A program made the position numbers and the translations under genes. The notes under the pieces are model-generated. The model made no database searches. It was not told the origin of the DNA and was given only the letters and a program-made list of their open reading frames with translations. Positions 57,490 to 64,000 of a stretch of DNA of 64,000 bases are shown here, in pieces; positions within the stretch are counted from its first letter, which is position 1; each line of letters starts with the position of its first letter. The stretch comes from Clostridia bacterium (GTDB lineage Bacteria; Bacillota; Clostridia; Christensenellales; QALW01): NCBI GenBank assembly GCA_045601365.1, contig JAZRZN010000038.1, positions 2,407 through 66,406 on the forward strand. Direction: 5' to 3'.

Positions 57490-59421
57490 ATGAAGAAACC
57501 CTATTATATAACCACACCTATTTACTATCCGAGTGACAATCTGCACATCGGTCACAGCTACTGCTCGGTGGCGGCGGACACGATAGCACGCTTCAAGCGC
57601 ATGCAGGGCTACGACGTCTATTTCCTCACCGGTACGGACGAGCACGGTCAGAAGATCGAACGCAAGGCGGCGGCGGCAGGCAAAACGCCTCAGCAGTATG
57701 TTGATGAGATAGTCGCAAACATAAAGAAGCTTTGGGCGCTGATGGACGTTCAGTATGACGGCTTCATCCGCACGACCGATGACTACCATGTCGAAGCGGT
57801 ACAGAAGATGTTCAAAAAGCTCTACGATCAGGGCGATATCTACAAGTCCGAATACGAGGGCTGGTACTGCACTCCGTGCGAGAGCTTCTTTACCGAAACA
57901 CAGCTTGTTGACGGCAAATGCCCCGATTGCGGCAGAGATGTTGAGAAAATGAGAGAGGAAAGCTATTTCTTCAGACTGTCGAAATATCAGGACAGGCTCA
58001 TCGAATACATCGAAACGCATCCCGAGTTCATTCAGCCGCCGTCACGCGCAAAGGAAATGATAAACAATTTCTTGAAGCCCGGGCTTGACGACCTTTGCGT
58101 TTCGCGTACAAGCATCAAGTGGGGCATCCCGGTAACGTTTGACGAAAAGCATGTCGTTTACGTTTGGCTCGATGCGCTTTCAAACTATATAACGAAGCTC
58201 GGCTTCATGAGCGAAGATCACGAATTGCTCGATAAATATTGGCCTGCCGACCTGCATCTTGTGGGTAAGGAGATAGTCCGCTTCCATACGATAATATGGC
58301 CTGCAATGCTGATGGCACTTGATATGCCGCTACCGAAGCAGGTATTCGGTCACGGCTGGCTTGTGTTCGGCGGCGAAAAAATGAGCAAGTCTCGCGGAAA
58401 CGTTGTCGATCCCGTTGTGCTGTGTGAAAAGTACGGTGTTGACGCGATAAGATATTTCCTTATGCGCGAAATGCCGTTCGGTGCTGACGGAAACTTTACG
58501 AACGAAGCGCTCTTCTCACGCATCAATTCCGATCTTGCAAACGATTTGGGCAATCTTGTAAGCAGAACTTGCGCGATGATAGAAAAATATTTCGGCGGTA
58601 TCCTGCCCGAAAACAGCACGCCTGCCGATCCCGATCAGGAGCTTATCGCGCTTGCGACGGACACCGTAAAGCAGTTTGAAGCCAAAATGGATGAGCTTCA
58701 GCTTTCGGGTGCGCTTGTTGAAATATGGAAGCTCGTTTCACGCTGCAACAAGTATATCGACGAAACTACTCCGTGGGTGCTTGCCAAAAATGAGGCGGAC
58801 AAACCGCGCTTAGGTACGGTAATGTACAATCTTGCCGAGTGTGTGCGCATCATCAGCGTACTTGTTGCGCCCGTAATGACGAAATGTCCCGCCAAAATAC
58901 AGGCTTCGCTCGGTGTTGACGAATCGCTCACGACACTTGATTCCGTTCGCACTTTCGGCGGCATCAAGGCGGGAAGCGTCATAACAAAGAGCGATGTACT
59001 GTTCCCGAGAATAGATGTTGAAGCTGAATTCAAGGCGCAGGAAGAGGAAAAGAAAGCAAAGGAGCTTGCATCACAGCAGGCGGAAGCCGAAGCCAATGAA
59101 ATAAGCATCGACGATTTTGCCAACGTAAAGCTGGTAACGGGCAAGGTGCTTGAATGCGAGAAGCTTGAAAAATCCGATAAGCTCTTAAAAATGCAGATAG
59201 ATGACGGCACACGCGTGCGCACTGTCGTATCGGGCATCGCAAAGCACTACACGCCCGACGAGATGGTAGGCAAAACAGTTGTGCTTGTTGCGAATCTCAA
59301 GCCGGCGAAGCTTCGCGGCGTACTCAGCGAGGGCATGATACTTTGCGCTGAGGATGCGAACGGTGAGCTTTCGCTCATTTCACCCGAAAAACCGTTCGGC
59401 GCGGGACTTGAGGTAAGGTAA
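57490..59421 (+). CDS. metG: Methionine-tRNA ligase with a C-terminal tRNA-binding (EMAP-like) domain
   Basis: 'YPSDNLHIGH' (HIGH), 'KMSKSRGN' (KMSKS), CxxC zinc knuckles and C-terminal 'GKVLECEKLEKSDKLLKMQID'. Confidence 0.97.
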   Translation: MKKPYYITTPIYYPSDNLHIGHSYCSVAADTIARFKRMQGYDVYFLTGTDEHGQKIERKAAAAGKTPQQYVDEIVANIKKLWALMDVQYDGFIRTTDDYHVEAVQKMFKKLYDQGDIYKSEYEGWYCTPCESFFTETQLVDGKCPDCGRDVEKMREESYFFRLSKYQDRLIEYIETHPEFIQPPSRAKEMINNFLKPGLDDLCVSRTSIKWGIPVTFDEKHVVYVWLDALSNYITKLGFMSEDHELLDKYWPADLHLVGKEIVRFHTIIWPAMLMALDMPLPKQVFGHGWLVFGGEKMSKSRGNVVDPVVLCEKYGVDAIRYFLMREMPFGADGNFTNEALFSRINSDLANDLGNLVSRTCAMIEKYFGGILPENSTPADPDQELIALATDTVKQFEAKMDELQLSGALVEIWKLVSRCNKYIDETTPWVLAKNEADKPRLGTVMYNLAECVRIISVLVAPVMTKCPAKIQASLGVDESLTTLDSVRTFGGIKAGSVITKSDVLFPRIDVEAEFKAQEEEKKAKELASQQAEAEANEISIDDFANVKLVTGKVLECEKLEKSDKLLKMQIDDGTRVRTVVSGIAKHYTPDEMVGKTVVLVANLKPAKLRGVLSEGMILCAEDANGELSLISPEKPFGAGLEVR

Positions 59422-60188
59422 TGCAGTTCATTGACGTACACTGTCATTATGATGATGAGCGTTTTGACGATGACAGAGACGGTGTTATTTCGTCTCTGCC
59501 GTCTAAGAACGTGCTTGCGGCGATCAATGCCGGATGCTCCCTTGCGGAAACCAAGCTTGCGTGCGAAATTGCCGATAAATACAGTCATATGTTCTTCTGC
59601 TCAGGCATTTATCCGAGCAACGCATACGAGTTTTCGCCCGAAAGCTTAAAGATAATAACGTCGTACTACGCGCATGAAAAGTGTGTCGGCGCGGGGGAGA
59701 TAGGGCTTGACTATCATGACGAAGCGAACCCGCCGAGAAACATACAGCGTGAAGCGTTTGCGGCGCAGATAAATGCGGCGCAGGAGGCGGGACTTCCTGC
59801 GGTGATACATACGCGCGAGGCGATAGGCGACATGCTTGACATGATAAAGGCGCTGAAGATATCGAACGGCGTGATGCACTGCTTTTCCGAAAGCCGTGAG
59901 GTTGCAAAGATATGTCTTGACGCGGGACTGTATTTTTCGTTCGGCGGCACATGTACATTCAAGAATGCGGTACGCGCTATCGAGAATTTGCAATACATTC
60001 CCCAAGACCGTATTTTACTTGAGACGGACAGCCCGTATCTTGCGCCCGTGCCCGTTCGCGGAACACGGAACGATTCATCGAACATAATACACATCATTGA
60101 GCGCATCGCGTCCGTGTGGAGCATGACACCCGACGAGGTAGCGCAGATAACCAATGACAACGCGCACAGGCTTTTTACTAAGCTGTAG
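59421..60188 (+). CDS. TatD family metal-dependent hydrolase
   Basis: 'FIDVHCH', 'GEIGLDYH', 'VIHTREA' and 'LLETDSPYLAP'. Overlaps the metG stop by 1 nt. Confidence 0.93.
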   Translation: MQFIDVHCHYDDERFDDDRDGVISSLPSKNVLAAINAGCSLAETKLACEIADKYSHMFFCSGIYPSNAYEFSPESLKIITSYYAHEKCVGAGEIGLDYHDEANPPRNIQREAFAAQINAAQEAGLPAVIHTREAIGDMLDMIKALKISNGVMHCFSESREVAKICLDAGLYFSFGGTCTFKNAVRAIENLQYIPQDRILLETDSPYLAPVPVRGTRNDSSNIIHIIERIASVWSMTPDEVAQITNDNAHRLFTKL

Positions 60189-60202
60189 AGGCGGCGTACC
60201 GT

Positions 60203-60934
60203 ATGACATACCCGATTTACGCAAGGAGGAAGATTGTTGCTATGCAGGATAATGTGTTAAAAACTGCCTTGAATGTTAAGGCGGAGGATCAAAATAAATA
60301 CGGCAAACATACACGTGTTGAAAATGAAAACGGGAACGGTAAAAGAATTCTTTTTTTAGGAAATTCGATTACCCTTCACGGATGTTTACCTGAGATCGGT
60401 TGGTATGGCGATTACGGCATGGCGGCATCCTCAAAGGATAAAGACTATGTTCATATTGTAGAAAAAGAAATCGGCAAAAAATATCCTGACAGTGTTTTTT
60501 GCATCTGCAATGTGGCGAAATGGGAATGTAACTATCGTGAATATGAGACCGTTCTGAATGAATACGAATACGCCGCCGGATTCGATGCGGATATTATTAT
60601 TTGCAAAGTCGGAGGCAATGCGGCAAGTGATGAAAGCTTTGATGCAAAAATTTTCTTTGACAGCTTTTCGTCGCTGATACGCCGATTTGATAAGAATAAA
60701 AAAGCAAAGATATTTATTGCTTTGGAATTTTACCGTCATCCGGCAAATGCGGTTATGAAAGAATATGCTGAGCAAAATAATATCCCCTACTGTTTACTTG
60801 AGGACTTAAGCGAAATTGACGAAATGAAAGCTCTCGGACGGTTTGAACATGTGGGCATCCAAAGCCATCCCGGTGATATCGGAATGCAAGAAATAGCAAG
60901 CAGAATTTTAGAAATGATAAATAATGATCTCTGA
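60203..60934 (+). CDS. SGNH/GDSL family hydrolase
   Basis: 'ILFLGNSITLHG' block I (GDS-like) and 'HPGDIGM' block V. The start is ambiguous between 60203 and 60242. Confidence 0.78.
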   Translation: MTYPIYARRKIVAMQDNVLKTALNVKAEDQNKYGKHTRVENENGNGKRILFLGNSITLHGCLPEIGWYGDYGMAASSKDKDYVHIVEKEIGKKYPDSVFCICNVAKWECNYREYETVLNEYEYAAGFDADIIICKVGGNAASDESFDAKIFFDSFSSLIRRFDKNKKAKIFIALEFYRHPANAVMKEYAEQNNIPYCLLEDLSEIDEMKALGRFEHVGIQSHPGDIGMQEIASRILEMINNDL

Positions 60935-61071
60935 AAATAAATAGGCATCCGTGTATTCAATACGAGGGTTTGCTGTGATGGCGCTTGCACACTCTATTTG
61001 GGACTCCGTCCCCAAAACCCTGCGAGCTTTTTTGAAAAAAAGCTCGGCAAAAAACTTTAACTGCATCAACA

Positions 61072-61110
61072 AATTCGCTCGGCGTGAACGTTGCCGAGCG
61101 AATTTTATAT
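61072..61110 (+). terminator. Strong hairpin with a T-rich tail in the long intergenic region
   Basis: AATTCGCTCGGC, 9 nt loop, GCCGAGCGAATT (12 bp), followed by TTATATT. Confidence 0.55.
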
Positions 61111-61375
61111 TACCGGCGCACCGCCAGCTGCAATTTTCTGCAATTTGTTTCATGCAAGCGAAACGTCAAGGACGGCGTTCCCTACGAATAAGACAAACTG
61201 TGCGTCATATCCCGTATGGTGCGGCGTCCCCGACGCACCGTTTGCGATGTTTATTGCAGGAACATATATTTTGTTTATTGCGTACTCCCTTATGCTATAC
61301 TTCGCCGCAAAAATTGTTTTGCATTTTTCGGATAAAAGTATTATAATATATGATGATTTATTATATTTGCGAGGT

Positions 61376-62257
61376 ATGCGGGTGGATTCGGTAATAGTTT
61401 CGGCTCCGGCGAAAATAAATTGGGTGCTTGATATAACCGGGCTTGATGAAAAAAACTATCATCTGCTTGATATGCTCATGCAACGTATAACGCTCTATGA
61501 TGCCGTAACGGTAAAAAAGTGTGACAGCGGCATACAGCTTTCATCAAGCGTCAGATATATCCCGACTGATGAACGCAACACGGCTTACAAGGCGGCAAAG
61601 CTGTTTTTCGAATACAGCGAGATCAGCGGAGGGACTTCGATCTGTATAAAAAAGAATATTCCGTCGGGGGCAGGGCTTGCCGGCGGCAGTGCGGATGCGG
61701 CGGCTGTACTGCTCGGATTAAATAAGCTGTACGGTAACAGCTTGAGTGAAACCGAGCTTGAAACGCTTGCGCTTAAGATCGGTGCGGACGTTCCGTTTAT
61801 GCTCAAAAGCGGTCTGTACCGTGCAAAAGGGATAGGCGAAAAGCTCGAAAAGCTTCCCGTTAAGCACAAAATACCGTTGCTTTGCGTTATGAAAAATAAC
61901 GATCCGGCTTCAACAAAAGCCGTGTATTCACTGTTTGACAGCATCGGTACACACAGGCGACCTGATGTTGACGGTTTCATAAATGCGCTTGATACATTCG
62001 ATACCGAAAAAATGTGCGCCTGCGGCGGCAATGTGCTTGAGGATGCCGCATGTACCGTTGCAAAAGGAATTTCGGAGAATATACGGAAAATGAACGCTGT
62101 CGGCGCACGGTATACTGCTATGACAGGAAGCGGAAGTGCTGTTTTCGGCGTATTTGATACAATCGAGGCGGCAAAAAGTGCCGAAAGAAATTTTAGCGGA
62201 TGGCATTGCTCGTGTTATGCGTCGGATGCGGGTACGCTCGTAAGGGAGTTGAAATAA
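61376..62257 (+). CDS. ispE: 4-diphosphocytidyl-2-C-methyl-D-erythritol kinase
   Basis: 'SAPAKINWVLDI' and 'KNIPSGAGLAGGSADAAAVL'. The start is ATG 61376 or GTG 61382, which lies 6 nt after GAGGT. The track's extension from 61091 is rejected. Confidence 0.92.
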   Translation: MRVDSVIVSAPAKINWVLDITGLDEKNYHLLDMLMQRITLYDAVTVKKCDSGIQLSSSVRYIPTDERNTAYKAAKLFFEYSEISGGTSICIKKNIPSGAGLAGGSADAAAVLLGLNKLYGNSLSETELETLALKIGADVPFMLKSGLYRAKGIGEKLEKLPVKHKIPLLCVMKNNDPASTKAVYSLFDSIGTHRRPDVDGFINALDTFDTEKMCACGGNVLEDAACTVAKGISENIRKMNAVGARYTAMTGSGSAVFGVFDTIEAAKSAERNFSGWHCSCYASDAGTLVRELK

Positions 62258-63196
62258 ATGTTTCTTGCAAAAACAGGTGTGTGCATTGAGAATTTTCTCG
62301 GTATAGACGGCTTTGATATATATTGGTACGGGATAATCATAGCTTTCGGATTTTTGCTTGCATTCGTTTTGTGTTCGTTTTTTGCAAAAAAACGCAAGTA
62401 TCCGTCCGAGCTGACTACGGATATGCTGATAATCGCCATCATAGGCGCACTTATCGGCGCACGTGCGTATTATGTGATATTTGAATGGAACGATTATTTC
62501 GTTTCCGGCGATATCATTGAAACATGCAGGCGTATACTGAATATCCGCAACGGCGGACTTGCGATCTACGGAGGCATAATCGGCGCTATAATAGGGCTGT
62601 TCATCTATTCCCGCAGAAAGAAATACAAGCTCGTTGAATTGACCGATCTTTGTGCCGCGCCGCTCGCACTTGGGCAGGCTCTCGGACGTTGGGGCAATTT
62701 TTTCAATCAGGAGGCACACGGCACACTCGTTGAAAATAAAGCACTGCAATTTTTTCCGTATGCTGTCTATCTTGAAACACCAAAGGGCAGTGATCCCGCA
62801 GGCTGGTATCAGGCAACGTTCTTTTATGAATCGGTATGGTGCTTTATCGTATGCGCTGTTCTTGTATTCATTTTTCTTAAAAAGAAAAAGTATCACGGAC
62901 ATGTGACGCTGTGGTATTTCGCACTGTACGGACTTGAACGCGGTATCGTTGAATGGCTGAGAACGGATCAACTCAGGATAGGTACAGTTCCTGTTTCGGC
63001 AGTGTTGAGCATCTGCCTGTGTATAGCATCGGTAACTATGCTTATTGTATTATGCACTAAAAAATACACAACACAGATAGAATATGTTGCACAAAGTAAG
63101 CCGGAAGAAAACATCGGTGAGTCTGACGGAACGCAGGAGAATACGGAAGAAAACATCGGTGAGCCTGACGGAACACAAGAGGATAACAAGAAATAA
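62258..63196 (+). CDS. lgt: Prolipoprotein diacylglyceryl transferase with a repeat-containing acidic C-terminal tail
   Basis: 'GGLAIYGGIIGA' and 'GRWGNFFNQEAHG' Lgt motifs. The ATG immediately follows the ispE TAA. Confidence 0.95.
   Translation: MFLAKTGVCIENFLGIDGFDIYWYGIIIAFGFLLAFVLCSFFAKKRKYPSELTTDMLIIAIIGALIGARAYYVIFEWNDYFVSGDIIETCRRILNIRNGGLAIYGGIIGAIIGLFIYSRRKKYKLVELTDLCAAPLALGQALGRWGNFFNQEAHGTLVENKALQFFPYAVYLETPKGSDPAGWYQATFFYESVWCFIVCAVLVFIFLKKKKYHGHVTLWYFALYGLERGIVEWLRTDQLRIGTVPVSAVLSICLCIASVTMLIVLCTKKYTTQIEYVAQSKPEENIGESDGTQENTEENIGEPDGTQEDNKK
63103..63186 (+). repeat. Imperfect 42-bp tandem duplication (2 units) inside the lgt 3' end
   Basis: ggaagaaaacatcggtgag[t/c]ctgacggaac... 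occurs twice, encoding 'EENIGESDGTQENT' and 'EENIGEPDGTQEDN'. Confidence 0.85.
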
Positions 63197-63215
63197 TATT
63201 GAAAGGGAAATAAAT

Positions 63216-63881
63216 ATGGAGATCAAATCAAGATTCGGCAAATATAAGGTCGCAGATGTGGATTCATATCTTGCACGGCTCAACAGCAACCATGCCGCAA
63301 AAATCGAAACTCTCGAAAAGACAATAGATGCGCTTAACGAGAAAAATGCCGAGCTTCAGCTTCAGCTTGACAAGTATAAGGAAAAAGAGGGCGTAATATC
63401 TAAGGTCATGCTTGACGCTACGATGCGCGCCAAGGAGATCGAAGACGATTACCGAAAGCGTGCCGATGAAAGCGATGCCGCGTGCCAACAGCTTCACGAC
63501 GAATGGGTCAACGGTATGAAATCGGCTTCTGCAAATCTTGCAAAGATGCGCGCAGAGGCAAAGCGTTTGCTTGAGGAAATAGACGGTCAGTTCGGTGAGC
63601 TGTGTTCATGGGCGGATACACGCCTTGAAAGCCTTGAGAACACTTCACTTCCGTCTTCGGTTTCGGATGAAAGCTCGATCGAAAGTGAGATAGCCAAGGG
63701 CGCGGGTGCAGATCTTGAAGCGCTTTGCCGCGAAATGCAGTTTTCGCAGGATGATGGCGAGACACGCGAAAACGGGAATGGCACTGATGATACCGTCGGC
63801 GATCTAAATGAAGCACTCGATGAGGTTGAGGAAATAATCGAATCAACGGAAGAGATAAAATCTTCGGATGATGCACTGTAA
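63216..63881 (+). CDS. DivIVA-domain coiled-coil protein
   Basis: ATG 63216 follows AAAGGGAAA. 'FGKYKVADVDSYLARL' is a DivIVA-like N-terminus, followed by a coiled coil and an acidic tail. The track's extension from 63084 overlaps lgt and is rejected. Confidence 0.65.
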   Translation: MEIKSRFGKYKVADVDSYLARLNSNHAAKIETLEKTIDALNEKNAELQLQLDKYKEKEGVISKVMLDATMRAKEIEDDYRKRADESDAACQQLHDEWVNGMKSASANLAKMRAEAKRLLEEIDGQFGELCSWADTRLESLENTSLPSSVSDESSIESEIAKGAGADLEALCREMQFSQDDGETRENGNGTDDTVGDLNEALDEVEEIIESTEEIKSSDDAL

Positions 63882-64000
63882 AAAAATATTGCAGCTTGTC
63901 GCCGCGACTCTTATCTGCCTGTTTGTATTTGTTTCCTGCGCTCCGCACGACGGCATGCAGGAAACTGCGGATGTGAACGCACTTGGCGCAACGATGCCGA
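63868..64000 (+). CDS. Putative lipoprotein, 3'-partial (runs off the window)
   Basis: ATG 63868/63871 overlaps the end of the DivIVA-like gene. 'MMHCKKILQLVAATLICLFVFVSC|APHDG' is a signal peptide plus lipobox. The frame is open to position 64000. Confidence 0.5.
   Translation, partial: MMHCKKILQLVAATLICLFVFVSCAPHDGMQETADVNALGATMP

Noticed and set aside
60951-61346. A 131-aa plus-strand ORF and the 95-codon N-terminal extension of ispE (from 61091) in the long intergenic region.
   Set aside because: No RBS, Arg/Cys-rich low-plausibility sequence, and the ORFs run through strong hairpins. The ispE homology begins only at about 61376.
61928-62971. A 347-aa minus-strand ORF spanning the ispE/lgt junction.
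   Set aside because: It is antisense to two confidently identified genes, has implausible composition ('...CFKIDSIRKKLQCFIFNECAVCLL...') and matches no recognisable family.
1-64000. A scan for CRISPR arrays, rRNA, IS elements, prophage genes, toxin-antitoxin pairs, or large ATPase/nuclease defence cassettes.
   Set aside because: None seen. There are no regularly spaced repeats. Every ORF of 100 aa or more that is not a shadow frame is assigned above to metabolism, envelope or housekeeping roles.

Overview
This is a chromosomal segment from a spore-forming Firmicute, probably a Clostridia or Oscillospirales-type gut anaerobe. That placement rests on an unmistakable Spo0A, GGAGG-type ribosome binding sites (RBS), a sortase, and metG-tatD...ispE-lgt synteny. 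GC content is roughly 48-50% by eye.

I support about 59 CDS, one tRNA and two decayed gene remnants. I saw no rRNA, CRISPR array, transposase, integrase or recognisable phage-defence gene.

**Housekeeping blocks**
- polA-coaE
- spo0A
- yebC
- infC-rpmI-rplT, with an ATT start and an L20-leader-like attenuator
- guaB, trmB, asnA
- metK-secA-prfB (with the +1 frameshift)-tsaD-metG-tatD
- ispE-lgt

**Carbohydrate and accessory islands, four of them next to AraC-family regulators**
- A giant dual GT-C glycosyltransferase.
- A five-gene operon with a dehydroquinase-like enzyme, three oxidoreductases and an AEC (auxin efflux carrier family) permease.
- A dedicated sortase with a substrate that carries a non-canonical sorting motif.
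- A GH140-like lipoprotein next to a NagB paralogue.
- A GH42-like enzyme with a complete CUT1-type (carbohydrate uptake transporter 1) ABC importer.
- A module of FGGY kinase, NagA-like and divergent NagB-like genes, with GH39 and Gfo/Idh/MocA pseudogene debris beside it.

**Most interesting items**
- The dual GT-C fusion protein.
- The dehydroquinase-like redox operon.
- The sortase pair with its 'LVAKTG' motif.
- A stand-alone tRNA-Leu with an A34 (AAG) anticodon.

All functional calls come from motif recognition by eye. No database search was run.
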